In this document: piece after piece, positions 55,201 to 64,000 of the stretch | How the letters are laid out: every line of letters begins with the position of its first letter | Numbering within the stretch: the first letter of the stretch is position 1 | Source: a virus | Direction: 5' to 3' (one strand) | Length of the DNA: 64,000 nucleotides | Virus record (IMG/VR): IMGVR_UViG_3300044695_003432 | Span: 1 to 64,000 of that record | Made by a program: the position numbers and the translations under genes | Notes under the pieces: generated by a model | The model's database searches: none | The model's input: the letters and a program-made list of their open reading frames with translations, nothing else | What the model was told of the DNA's origin: nothing

Positions 55201-57168
55201 ACGGATAACAGCATCCTCGTTCAATACGATGGTTCCAATAGTGCCATCTAGGTTGAAAGAGAGCACGTCGTATCCGGCTGTTTTCGCCTTTACGACCGCA
55301 TCGTTTACCGCGTCCACGAGGGTTTCGCCCTCATTCAGCGACGAGCCGATGTAATCATTCGGGGGCCGCTCCCGACCAAGAAGCGTCCAGAACCCATCGT
55401 CGCCTTCTCGCAGAATCTTGGCTTCAGGCTTAGCGACAATCGTTTCAATGCTCGGGCCGTAACTTCTGGCGGATTCCGCCGAGCGGGCCATGAACGTCAT
55501 GCCTTTTGCGGCATTGAACGGCTCCGCGATCCGCTCGGTTCGGGACGGGTTGGTTCCTCGATAGAACACCCGAGATGGGTCTGCGGCGGCGGGGGGCCGC
55601 TCGATCATTACAATGTGCTTGACAGGCCCGTTGGGCGTGTCGTGCATGTAAGCAACGGAGTCGAATCCCATCGACTCCATCCAGTCGGCCATTGCGGAAC
55701 CGCTGAGCTTCTCCGGGGGGATTGCCTCCGCCTCGCCTTTGGGGCGTTTAGACTTCCAGACATCGTGAGTGCCCGCTTCGTTTCGGAGAACCCGCCACAC
55801 AGGCATCGGCGGATCTACGTCCCCGCCGGATACAGACATCGGCCCCCTGAGAGGCCCGTCGAGAACAGCCGAAACTTCCTTGGGCAGATCATTCCGCCTC
55901 CAGTTAGGAGGTAGCGGGGGAAATCCCATAGCGTTGTTGATGGCCTCGGTGAACTCCACAAACGTCTGCTTCGGCCCGGATTTGGTCAGATCGAGCGTCT
56001 TCTTTGGGGCAATCTCAAACTCCGCCACGGTTCCGTCTGCACGGGGCTTGTGGCCGTGGAGGATCTCGAAAGACTCCGCACCCTTACCGGGGTTCCGCTT
56101 GTCGTACCTCGCCACGGTTCGGGAGTCGGTGGATGCGTACCTTGCCGCATCCTCGGGGTCCGTGGTGTAGAACTTGAACGGGGCCGTAGGCGGGGTGTCC
56201 TGGCCGGGGCGGATTATGTTGTCGATGGACTGAACGCCGGAGAGATGCTTGCCGCCTTCGAGCGGGGCCATGTCTCCGCGGTAGACTTTGACAGCGGCGA
56301 TTGGGGCCGCATTCGCCGCATCCCCCACAACGCCATTAGACGGCACTACAGCCGTTCCAGCATTGGATGCACTCTCGGATGCACCTGAAGGTACGGACGC
56401 ATCCTGGGGCATCGTAGAGGCTTTGGGAGCCTGTAGGGCCTGGGCCTCTGCCGCCAGCTTGTCTTTCTGGGCTTGGATCTTCGCCAGCAGGGCCGCAGAC
56501 TCCTCGGCGGAGGCGGCTTTCTGGAGGCCCTTGGTCAGTTTGACAAGGGTTTCGATGGTGCCGAGGGCACCGTCCATAACCACGCCTTCGAGGGAGGCTT
56601 TGAGCTTCCGCTTGAGGATGGAATCATCCGCGTTCGTGGACAGGGCACGGGTGAAGTAGTTGTTCGCCGGGCCACCGAGGCGGACCAGGAGGTTTGAGAG
56701 GTTCTCGTTCTCTTGGTTGGCGAGGGCAAAGGAGGTGGCGGCACCCTGACCGGCCATCGTGGAGAGCTGCCGGAGGGCACCAGCACCACGGGAGGGAGTG
56801 AACCCAGCACCCAGCAGGCCGTAGCCAGCGGTGAACTCCAGAATCCCCTCGGCCACGGGACCGGCGGGGGTGGAGTATTGCAGGGCCGAGGGCATGGAAG
56901 CCTCTCGGTCCTCGGCTGAGACGGTGGAGAGGGTGCCGGGGCCGAAGGCAGCGTTCGCTACCGCGGCGACGTTGTTGGTGATGAGGTCGTCCTTGAGTGC
57001 TCCAACAGCACGGGGGACAGCCTTGGCGACATCTGCCGCCATCTTGAGGTTGTTGACGTAACCCTCTGCGGCTCCCTGAACGAAGCCTTTGCCCATTTCG
57101 GCGGCGTAGTCCAGGATGCCGGGGTCAGAGGGGACGGGCTTTGAGGAGGGGGTTTCGGGGTTGCTCAT
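52261..57168 (-). CDS. Internal virion/ejection protein (gp16-like) with two ART-like inserted domains
   Basis: 1635 aa; DEWFK, FVPFLRTPSN, GNLTGSGP..GWVPNS; YRG motifs at about aa 296 and aa 535. Confidence 0.8.
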   Translation of the reverse strand: MSNPETPSSKPVPSDPGILDYAAEMGKGFVQGAAEGYVNNLKMAADVAKAVPRAVGALKDDLITNNVAAVANAAFGPGTLSTVSAEDREASMPSALQYSTPAGPVAEGILEFTAGYGLLGAGFTPSRGAGALRQLSTMAGQGAATSFALANQENENLSNLLVRLGGPANNYFTRALSTNADDSILKRKLKASLEGVVMDGALGTIETLVKLTKGLQKAASAEESAALLAKIQAQKDKLAAEAQALQAPKASTMPQDASVPSGASESASNAGTAVVPSNGVVGDAANAAPIAAVKVYRGDMAPLEGGKHLSGVQSIDNIIRPGQDTPPTAPFKFYTTDPEDAARYASTDSRTVARYDKRNPGKGAESFEILHGHKPRADGTVAEFEIAPKKTLDLTKSGPKQTFVEFTEAINNAMGFPPLPPNWRRNDLPKEVSAVLDGPLRGPMSVSGGDVDPPMPVWRVLRNEAGTHDVWKSKRPKGEAEAIPPEKLSGSAMADWMESMGFDSVAYMHDTPNGPVKHIVMIERPPAAADPSRVFYRGTNPSRTERIAEPFNAAKGMTFMARSAESARSYGPSIETIVAKPEAKILREGDDGFWTLLGRERPPNDYIGSSLNEGETLVDAVNDAVVKAKTAGYDVLSFNLDGTIGTIVLNEDAVIRNAQSSLVSGQARRGPAELGQSAAPAPTPPPAASAPTPPPAVSTVQALMSEGAIPSDAIALATLEHTNLRTLGGTPSIDELHKAIDSTTNQAASVVAGINQSNDQTWKDVVELIDDPTQLKFLQDNWASVGEKLPALVARANAKVVANGLLATRMAGKGDMKMSAEFLNGMIDATVERKALNRVVGRALQINDVEHLTKESEALDEVFRRLGVERDRITSTKAAGQADPAAEKVAKAAQEAGTTFHPVLQRAMDMVESAESAKAALLAEVKGTPTTAQATQLRQLEEILAEAKAHLDVVKASPEVLKAQAKYAEAVFRAGLGPSEAAQAVENFWGIAGKVGKAALEVWQNGLLSSVKTINHNPLSTGLNMLVLRPLKEALGAINEGDPQQLKLVSNHFRNLLETSFESLKLNSRAVQNATRAWKKERPILSQHSLGEHEPVLPGILGKLARGPSIVLNTSDEWFKNVSYQAWVKTQANADARLLGISGDKAEEFQKYYLKVAYGIDGTASKTADGKTFLFQGGVDEAAAATWTSDLLNGSLARSLEKTREKAPVLRLFVPFLRTPSNLLTDGANMTLGFNYLRPSEAGKQFRARLSSPDPLTRAHAKGELVMSTMLALPAVSLYASGNLTGSGPTEPQTRKALMDTGWVPNSLIINGRVYPLNRYSPISRPLMAIADMMETLDVATDENERGTIAEKMLLVFQSQLSNDTFLTGLSNLFSLLEGSPGQVEKALNSYAGSIVPGIVRDVAVAFDGQKRETDGMLGAIRNRVPGWSEFSDPARDIFGRVTTGMRGAAPWNLITGHNRVADVVSPFQSGPISQTPVMKELVATGTVLTPPEEMYGPGINLRSYRDKSGQTYLDYWRETLGRVQLPMPDGSKALVDEALEKLINTPQYKSTALPYKGGDSYNYRVQALRSIYEKYKLTALAMTEEHFRTTTGQSVMPDAAKLKAASSGLNIDALLESGLTSSEEVNKLLKNSGR

Positions 57169-58922
57169 TGATCGGATTTCTTAGCGGGAGCGAGGGAGGG
57201 CGAGTCCGAGGAGGACGAGCCGGAGCGGGTGGCGTTGAAGGGGATCTCGGACTGAATCTGCTTGACGAACTCGGTGAGCTTGGACATGGCATCCTCGGGG
57301 AGGATCTTCTTGCCCCCGCGGGAGTTCATCTTGTAGGAGAACCACTTCTCAGACAGAGCGGCCTTGGCACGGACGATGCGGGCTCCGGTCTCACTGGAGG
57401 CGGAGGGCATACCAGGCATCGGGAAGGCGAAGGCGGCTGCTGCCGGATCGTTCTCGATGTATGCGGCGACGAGCTGCTGCTCGGCGACTCGGTACGCATC
57501 TTCGATCGTGGGGAACTTCTCGGCCTGCTCGGCACGGTCGATCCACTTCGAGGCCTCGTGCTCGGTGATGGCACCGTTCTTGGCGAGGTAGAAAACATAC
57601 TCAGTGCTGAGGGGATCACGAGGATCGAGTTCCTCAGACATGATGTTCGAGCGGATCAGGGCGTTCGGGGCAGAGCCGATCTCACGATCGAGCTCGTTGA
57701 CGCGATCCGTGAGTTCCTTCGCTGCCCCCATCTGGCGGAAGGCATCGAAGAAGCGGGCACGGGCTCCGGGGAGATCTCCGGTTTCCTTGACGTAGCCTTC
57801 GAGTTCGCCTCGAAGGTACTTGAGGGCCTCGGAGGAGGCTTGGCTATCGGCGGTGTGGATGTTCGAGGACAGCTTGTATCGCTCATTGAAGTAGCTCTCG
57901 AAGGCCCCCGGAGGGACGTTCTGGAGCATCTCCGGGGGGAGACGATGCGAGAGGGGATTCTCCCCCGCGGCGGTGTGGGCGTAGAGCGAGTCGCTAGCGG
58001 ACTTGCCCCAAGTGTCTGCGGCTTGCTTGACCGCTTCGGACTGCTGCTTCATCTCTTGGAGGATGAGCGAGTTGACGCGGGTGGCGGTGTTGTAGCGGAC
58101 TTCCTGAGCGGCGGCGGTGTTGCCGAGGGGAGCTCCGTCCTTGCCCTTGAGTTGAGAGAGGATGCGGGGGGCGAGGTTGGCGTCCTTGGCTTGGAGGGAG
58201 GCCTCTTCGATGGACTCGTAGAGGATCTTGTTGGCGATCGTGGGGTGCATGGTCCGAAGCATCTCGTCGAGATGGGTCTGGACCTCGGCCACGCCATCGG
58301 CTGAGTCGAACTTCGAGCCAGCGGTAAAGATGGAGGTGAGGTAGTCTCGGGCCTTCTCTTGGCGTTCCACCTGACGCTCTTGGGAGCGTTGGTTGGACCA
58401 CTGGTTCAGAACCCGAGACTTCATCGAGTCGAGTTCGGGGACCGCAGCCTCGGCAGCGAATGGCGAGAGGTTCTGAGCGAAGCCGGAGAAGTGCTCATCC
58501 CAAAGAGAAGCCACCGCGTCGGGGTTGTCTTGGAACCGAGCGGGGTCTTCTTCGAGCTTCTTATCGAACCCGAGAGCGAGCTTGCGGGCCTCGGCCTTCG
58601 CCACCTCCTGCTCGGCCTGAGCCATCGACCAGGGGTTATCCGCCCAAGGGATCTCTCCAGCATCGACCGCCTTCTTGAAGGAGGCCATGTTGTCGAGACG
58701 CTTGGTGAGGACATCCTTGGTGGCTCGGAGTTCCGAGGCACGGCGGTAGGCGGAGAACTGGCGATCGAGGACGCCTTGGAGGCGGGGATTGAACTCGCGG
58801 AGAGACGCGGCAAGCTGAAGGGCCGGGTTGGCGGGGGCAGGGGCGGCGACATCGGCCTGCCGGAACTGATCCACAGGGCGGGCCTGCGGGTCAAGGGGGA
58901 CGTACGAGTTCATCGAGGACAT
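57165..58922 (-). CDS. Internal virion/ejection protein (gp15-like)
   Basis: PQARPVDQF, LAASLREFNPRL, NPW; gene order. Confidence 0.75.
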   Translation of the reverse strand: MSSMNSYVPLDPQARPVDQFRQADVAAPAPANPALQLAASLREFNPRLQGVLDRQFSAYRRASELRATKDVLTKRLDNMASFKKAVDAGEIPWADNPWSMAQAEQEVAKAEARKLALGFDKKLEEDPARFQDNPDAVASLWDEHFSGFAQNLSPFAAEAAVPELDSMKSRVLNQWSNQRSQERQVERQEKARDYLTSIFTAGSKFDSADGVAEVQTHLDEMLRTMHPTIANKILYESIEEASLQAKDANLAPRILSQLKGKDGAPLGNTAAAQEVRYNTATRVNSLILQEMKQQSEAVKQAADTWGKSASDSLYAHTAAGENPLSHRLPPEMLQNVPPGAFESYFNERYKLSSNIHTADSQASSEALKYLRGELEGYVKETGDLPGARARFFDAFRQMGAAKELTDRVNELDREIGSAPNALIRSNIMSEELDPRDPLSTEYVFYLAKNGAITEHEASKWIDRAEQAEKFPTIEDAYRVAEQQLVAAYIENDPAAAAFAFPMPGMPSASSETGARIVRAKAALSEKWFSYKMNSRGGKKILPEDAMSKLTEFVKQIQSEIPFNATRSGSSSSDSPSLAPAKKSDQ

Positions 58923-59531
58923 TTATGCCTTTCCGAACAGCGGGCGATAGAGCCAATCGTTCGAGGTCTTATTCGGGTCGTAGGGACCGGAGCGGGTCTG
59001 CTGCATCCCGGTGTCGTAAGCGTCGATCGCAGAGCCGCCAATGCCGAAGAGAAGGCTGAGCGGATTGCCGCCTTCAACGGGACGGGGGCGAGCGGAGACG
59101 ATGCGGTTGGCGGCATCGGTGCGGAAGCCTTCAGCATCGCGGGCATCCTGAGCACGCCGCCAGTTGTAGTTGAGGAGGAGGTTGTTCTCGGTGGCCGCGG
59201 CTTGGCGGTCGAACTCGCCGAGAAGGTTGTTCATGGTCTGAGACGAGAGACCGCGGGAGCCGAGGGCGGTGGCAGCGGCGGAGCGATCTTGGATGCTCCG
59301 GCGGGCACGCTCGGTGCCTTCATCGAGAAGGGCCTCACGCTCTTGGAGAGCACGCTCACCCTGAGCTTCGAGCTGAAGGTTGTAGTTGCTCTTGGCGTTC
59401 TTGGTGATCTCGCTGTAGACCTGGTTCTGGTATTCGTTCTCAGACTCGGCCCGCTGGTTCTCACCGACGTACTGAGCGGTGGACTGGCCGATGCCCAGAG
59501 CTAGAGGGATTGCTGCGGCGACGGTGCACAT
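58923..59531 (-). CDS. Internal virion protein (gp14-like)
   Basis: MCT start, hydrophobic N-terminus, Q/E coil. Confidence 0.8.
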   Translation of the reverse strand: MCTVAAAIPLALGIGQSTAQYVGENQRAESENEYQNQVYSEITKNAKSNYNLQLEAQGERALQEREALLDEGTERARRSIQDRSAAATALGSRGLSSQTMNNLLGEFDRQAAATENNLLLNYNWRRAQDARDAEGFRTDAANRIVSARPRPVEGGNPLSLLFGIGGSAIDAYDTGMQQTRSGPYDPNKTSNDWLYRPLFGKA

Positions 59532-59971
59532 GAGGAGTAGAACTCTCTGAAGATGACACCCTTGATGTGACGCTCACCGCTGAAGGTGAAGCCCATGTGG
59601 GTGAGCCATCGGACGTGGACGGTGTTGCGGGAATCGACAAGATTCCAGAGGTGGGGGAAATCGAGATGGAAAATGGTTTTCCAGAGCTTTGCGGTTCGCA
59701 TAAACCAGCGGACATTGAGGGCCATGCGATCGGTGCCCATGAGCCACGGGACACCCACGAGTTTGTTCTCGGGGTGGGGGCCGCATCCGAAGACACCGAC
59801 AATCCCCTCGGCATCCACACCGACCTTGCAGGTCGAGGAGAGGCGAAGGGAGTAGAGAAGTGCCTCCTCCGGGCTTTCACCGAAGGAGGCGAGGATTTCA
59901 CGATGGTCCGCGGCACGGAGGTTGGGGGCGAGGTCGAGAAGATCACGCTCCGTTGCATCACGGATTTCCAA
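59501..59971 (-). CDS. T7 gp13-like acetyltransferase-fold protein
   Basis: LRAADHREI, PWLMGT, LWNLVDSRNTVHVRWLTHMGFTF. Confidence 0.85.
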   Translation of the reverse strand: MEIRDATERDLLDLAPNLRAADHREILASFGESPEEALLYSLRLSSTCKVGVDAEGIVGVFGCGPHPENKLVGVPWLMGTDRMALNVRWFMRTAKLWKTIFHLDFPHLWNLVDSRNTVHVRWLTHMGFTFSGERHIKGVIFREFYSSCAPSPQQSL

Positions 59972-62900
59972 TCAGGTTTTCCTTGAGTCAGGGGACCAGT
60001 TCCCTTCCCATGAGGCCTTGGAGAACCAGGCCGGGAACATGGAGTCATTGAGAAGGGTGGCGGTGGTCTCCTCGTTGCGGCCTCCCACCCAAGCGATGAA
60101 CTCGCCGGAGGTGAGAGAGACGGTTGAGGGGGCCGATCCGTTCCCGTTGGGGAGCTGGTCCGTGAGGGCGTAGGTGGCCGTGGGGCGACCGCCTGAAGGA
60201 GTCACGAGGAACGAGAACCCAACCGCATCGGAGTAGTTGATGCGGAGGCGGTGGATCTGGAGCCGACCGTTGGTATCAGCGAGCGAGCCTCCGCCGGGGA
60301 GGGGATCACGGACGTAGAACGGGGAGAAGACAGAGGACTGTGTGTAGGACAGGCCCACCCACACAGCCTTGCTCTCCCAGTTGCCCGTGAGGCGAAGCTC
60401 GGTGGCGGAGCCTCCGACTTGCTGAGCGATGATCGAGCCGACCGTTCCGAAGGTGGGCTGAGGGGTTGCCACGATCGTTCCCACCGAGGGCTTATCCCAA
60501 GGCAGGGTGACGGTGGTGTAGTTGCCACCAGCGTTGTAGGTTCCACCCGCGGGGGTGACTGAGACGCGACGATCAAGGAGGACCGGGTACGCGAGGGTTC
60601 CATCGGTGTAGCCGATGTCGAGGTTGAAGACCTCAAGCTCGGTGCCGGTGACTCGCCGGATCACCATGTAGAGCTTCGAGTCAATGCACCCGAGGCCGTA
60701 GATCGTGTCATCGTTGGTTCCGTTCCCTGAAGGGGCGGGAGACCAGCGATGCCAACCGGCAAGGACAGTGCGATCACCCTCGGTGGCCCACTGGTGGACC
60801 CAGATCTTCTTCCGATCCCCAGAGCACAGCACGGCGAGGAACTTCTCAGGGACCACACAGCAGAGCTGGATGGGGTTGCCGGAGAGGTAGGTAGCGACGT
60901 GCTCAGTGCGGGGGTTGGAGGAGGCGATCTCGTTGTATGGGTCGATCACGAACTCTCGGATCTGAGTGAACGATCCGCTGCGGTAAGGGGCGAAGAGCCG
61001 CCTCTCCGCGTTGACCGGGCGGCAGTTGGCGTAGGTATCGTGTTCCGACTCGATCTCAAAGCGAGCCGTCTTGGCGGTATAGGAACCGTTGACGGTGAGG
61101 CGGAGCTGAGAGCGATCCCCGAAGACCATCGCACGGTTGGCGAAAGGAGAGCCAGCGTGGAGGGTGAGGACGGAGTTCGTGCCAGCCTCGAAGTCGATCG
61201 GGTCGGAGTCTTGGACGGTGAGAGCAGTTCCCCTCCAGAAGTCGTAGAAGTTACCTGCCACACTCGCTGAGGCGTTGGAGCCGGAGACGAAGTGGAGGCG
61301 ATTCTCGAAGAGGAAGAGATCCTGGATCTTCTGGCCCACGAAGGCGGGGGCCGGAGCGGTGATCTCATCGCCTGCCCCACGGGAAGCCCAGGCTCCCTTG
61401 GAGATCTGGAAGTAGATCTGGTTCGGAATACCCGTGACGGTGCCGGAGACGTTATCCACCTTGCGGGTGATGACGTGAGGCATCGAGGCGAGATCGAAGG
61501 AATCGGTGATGCAGGGCTTATCGACTTCGACCCAGAGACCTCGGCCCACCACGAAGTCCGTGGCGGGGGTGGGGGTGATCTCGAAGCGGACGTAGTAATC
61601 GTCCTGACCCGAGGAGGCACTTCCCTTCACGGTCATTACATCGCCATGCTCCGCGGTGTCGGGGAGATCGGCGAAGGAGTTGACTTGGTTGTAGGCGAGG
61701 CGGGTATAGGAGTTGCCTACGGAGTCGGTGATCTCTGCGGTGAGTGCGGCGTTATCGAAGCGAGCGATGCGGAAGACACTATCGCCGGGGCGGTAGTCAA
61801 CACCGTAGGTGCCGAGGTTGAGCTGTTGAGCGATGAGCGAGGCGAGCTGAGAGACGATGTAGCTCGTCTGGATCTTCGTGGCATCGTCCGTGGGGGTGAC
61901 GTACTCGACGGCCTTACCATCGACCTGAACGCGGTAGCGAACTCCGTAGCCGCCTTGGCGAATCCAGAAGAGAGCGACGTTCCGCTTACAGAAGAGAACA
62001 TCCGGGATGCCCGAGGCGGTGAGATCGACGGAGACACTCGCACGGGAGTTTGTGCGGTAGACCGTTCGGCCATCGACCAGGGCCTCTTGGCGGAAAGTGT
62101 CCGTTGCCCATGAGAGCTGGTACTTGGAGCAAGTGTTGACGTAGCCGGTGATGACACTCGGCTTCGCGGTGATCGGGGAGCCTTCGAGGACGGACCCACC
62201 GGGCCACCCACCGGAGTAGTAGGTAACGAAGTCGAGGGTCTGGTCAATGAACAGACGCTCATGGGCCGCGGCGACCGAGAGCATCGACTTGGTGTTATGG
62301 CCGGTGAGGTGGTAGCGGTGGGTTGTGGTGTTGGAGCCGTCGATCGTGTTGGAGCCGACCTTGACGCCGATGATCTTCATGCCGGGGGCGATGAGGAGCT
62401 TGGCGGAGGTGTAGGACCAGTTACTCGGGGGAGAGGTGTTGCTGAGATCGTTGGGATCTCGCACATCACCCTGGCCCGCGGCGGGCAGGGTACAGGTGCG
62501 GCGGTAGGTGCCAGTGACTTCCCATCGGCTGTTGCCTGCATCCCAAGTGGTTGAGCCGGTGATGATGAACTCAACGAGATCGGTGCCGAGGTACGGGGCG
62601 TCGTTGACGTTCTCTTGGAGGAAGCGGACGTTACCGGAGAAGGCCACGTTCGCTCGAACACAGTTGTAGCAGGTGGCCGAGCGTTGCTCGGGGATGTTGC
62701 CTGCGTACCAGTTCCAGAAGTTGAGGGTGACGCTCTCGGTTCCACACGAGGGGGTTGTGGAGGAGGAGACAGAGGCGAGGGCGGGAGTGACACTCCGGTT
62801 CACGAGGAGCGTGGTGTCCGCAAGCGTGAGAGCACGGAGATCGTGGCGAGGGGTAGAGCAGGCGAGGTACGCGGCGGTTCCCGAGTCGTAGATGACGGGG

Positions 62901-63208
62901 AAGGATGTGCCAGCGAGGTTGAACGCCTTGAGTTCACCCGAGCGGAACAGGAAGAGGTACTGCTCCGAGGCATCCCTTCGGATGAAGTGGACCATCGGAT
63001 CGTTCGTGGCGTTCGCGTCCCCGGTGGTCTGGGAGGAGGTGAGGAGGCGAGCGATGTACTGAGACGATGGACGCTTACCCAATCCCTTGAGCGGGGAGAG
63101 GAAGGAGTTCTCCTGCGATGCAAACTGAGACGGGGCACGGAGCGGAGCGGTCTGCTGAGAGACGCCGCCGATGAGATTGGGGATAAGCCCCGAGACAGGT
63201 ACAGGCAT
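59972..63208 (-). CDS. Tail tubular protein B (gp12-like) with a large insertion
   Basis: IPNLIGGVSQQ, GLGKRP, IRRDASEQY, MPH, FENRL, DPID, WHRW; 1078 aa. Confidence 0.92.
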   Translation of the reverse strand: MPVPVSGLIPNLIGGVSQQTAPLRAPSQFASQENSFLSPLKGLGKRPSSQYIARLLTSSQTTGDANATNDPMVHFIRRDASEQYLFLFRSGELKAFNLAGTSFPVIYDSGTAAYLACSTPRHDLRALTLADTTLLVNRSVTPALASVSSSTTPSCGTESVTLNFWNWYAGNIPEQRSATCYNCVRANVAFSGNVRFLQENVNDAPYLGTDLVEFIITGSTTWDAGNSRWEVTGTYRRTCTLPAAGQGDVRDPNDLSNTSPPSNWSYTSAKLLIAPGMKIIGVKVGSNTIDGSNTTTHRYHLTGHNTKSMLSVAAAHERLFIDQTLDFVTYYSGGWPGGSVLEGSPITAKPSVITGYVNTCSKYQLSWATDTFRQEALVDGRTVYRTNSRASVSVDLTASGIPDVLFCKRNVALFWIRQGGYGVRYRVQVDGKAVEYVTPTDDATKIQTSYIVSQLASLIAQQLNLGTYGVDYRPGDSVFRIARFDNAALTAEITDSVGNSYTRLAYNQVNSFADLPDTAEHGDVMTVKGSASSGQDDYYVRFEITPTPATDFVVGRGLWVEVDKPCITDSFDLASMPHVITRKVDNVSGTVTGIPNQIYFQISKGAWASRGAGDEITAPAPAFVGQKIQDLFLFENRLHFVSGSNASASVAGNFYDFWRGTALTVQDSDPIDFEAGTNSVLTLHAGSPFANRAMVFGDRSQLRLTVNGSYTAKTARFEIESEHDTYANCRPVNAERRLFAPYRSGSFTQIREFVIDPYNEIASSNPRTEHVATYLSGNPIQLCCVVPEKFLAVLCSGDRKKIWVHQWATEGDRTVLAGWHRWSPAPSGNGTNDDTIYGLGCIDSKLYMVIRRVTGTELEVFNLDIGYTDGTLAYPVLLDRRVSVTPAGGTYNAGGNYTTVTLPWDKPSVGTIVATPQPTFGTVGSIIAQQVGGSATELRLTGNWESKAVWVGLSYTQSSVFSPFYVRDPLPGGGSLADTNGRLQIHRLRINYSDAVGFSFLVTPSGGRPTATYALTDQLPNGNGSAPSTVSLTSGEFIAWVGGRNEETTATLLNDSMFPAWFSKASWEGNWSPDSRKT

Positions 63209-63801
63209 TAGGCGTATCCATAGCGGAGGTCTCTGAGGACATCCGGGTTCTTGAAGATGTTGGCGTCACGGACTCGCGTATCGTCGCGGAGCATCTCGGC
63301 CCACGATCTCTGCTCCTGCTCTCCGATGGTTTGCTGGAGTTCACGGGAGCCGAAGATGCGGTCTTGGAAGATGCGGGAGGCTCGGTGGGTGATGTATGCC
63401 TTGGCGTTCTCAGGGAGATCGTCGAAGTCCAGGGCGAAGACGATCCGCTCTGCGGTGTAGTCTTGAGTGAGGACATCGGTTCCGGTTACGGTGTCGTAGA
63501 GGAAGCCGTTGCGGATCACGAGGAGAACGGTGGGGTACTTGAAGGTGGAGATCTCAACCCGCATGGCCCCGGTGGGGACGGCGATCTTGTTGGAGCCGTT
63601 GCGGGTGAGGGCGACTTCGGTGCGGGTGTTGAAGGCCCACCCGCGGGTCTGGACTTCCCGGCTGACTTGCCGGAGGATGTTCAGAGCCTTCCCCATGTCC
63701 GAGGAATCGCTGAGGCCGGAGATGGACGCGATGGGGGCTTCGTTGATGTCCCGAAGCATGATGTTTACGGCTTCGAGTTCAGTGGTCGCGGAGAGGGGCA
63801 T
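63208..63801 (-). CDS. Tail tubular protein A (gp11-like)
   Basis: TELEAVNIML..INEAPI, VQTRGWAFN, FDDLPENAKAYI. Confidence 0.93.
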   Translation of the reverse strand: MPLSATTELEAVNIMLRDINEAPIASISGLSDSSDMGKALNILRQVSREVQTRGWAFNTRTEVALTRNGSNKIAVPTGAMRVEISTFKYPTVLLVIRNGFLYDTVTGTDVLTQDYTAERIVFALDFDDLPENAKAYITHRASRIFQDRIFGSRELQQTIGEQEQRSWAEMLRDDTRVRDANIFKNPDVLRDLRYGYA

Positions 63802-63816
63802 GGGGGTTCCTTATGG

Positions 63817-63852
63817 AAAAACACCCTCCAGACTTTTCAATCTGGAGGGTGC
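63817..63852 (-). terminator. Intrinsic terminator after the capsid gene
   Basis: CACCCTCCAGA-loop-TCTGGAGGGTG-TTTTT. Confidence 0.85.
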
Positions 63853-63888
63853 TATGACGGTCACTGTTGACCGAATCAACAGTCAGGA

Positions 63889-64000
63889 TTAGCTGAGCTC
63901 GGACTCGCCGGTGGCGATTTCGATAGCAGCCTCGGGGCGGAGGACACCGTGTCCAGCAACGTACTTGCCGACAACGATGGACGCCTGACGGGCCACCGAG
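63889..64000 (-). CDS. Major capsid protein, C-terminal fragment
   Basis: Manual translation SVARQASIVVGKYVAGHGVLRPEAAIEIATGESELS matches the gp10-type C-terminus. Confidence 0.9.
   Translation of the reverse strand, partial: SVARQASIVVGKYVAGHGVLRPEAAIEIATGESELS

Larger units (their letters stand above)
44088..64000. mobile_element. Phage B: partial second T7-like podophage (early cassettes plus structural module)
   Basis: Second terminase, ejection proteins, tail A/B and capsid end; visibly different oligonucleotide usage. Confidence 0.85.

Noticed and set aside
61980-62770. Intein in tail tubular protein B
   Set aside because: No terminal His-Asn or LAGLIDADG motifs visible.

Overview
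The window is entirely phage DNA, almost all encoded on the minus strand. It contains two different T7-like (Autographiviridae-type) podophage sequences joined at a gene they share. Phage A (about 1-43,819) reads as a complete circularly permuted genome. It has a single-subunit T7-type RNA polymerase directly upstream of a T7-type portal/scaffold/capsid/tail/ejection-protein/terminase module. It has no T7-type DNA polymerase or primase-helicase. Instead it carries a lambdoid-style control and replication arm: CI-like repressor with a divergent small regulator, tyrosine integrase beside a tRNA-Thr(CGT)-derived attP, ERF, SSB, initiator with iterons, DnaB, RusA and an adenine methyltransferase. 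Phage B (about 44,100-64,000, partial) supplies an early region built as single-gene cassettes, each preceded by a covarying two-hairpin repeat. It also supplies a second, diverged structural module whose largest ejection protein carries two ADP-ribosyltransferase-like domains. Both phages place a GH56/hyaluronidase-like hydrolase between the terminase genes. DnaB, SSB and integrase sequences look Planctomycetota (Phycisphaerae)-like, which is an inference from recalled family features. All calls were made by eye from motifs and gene order; no searches were run.
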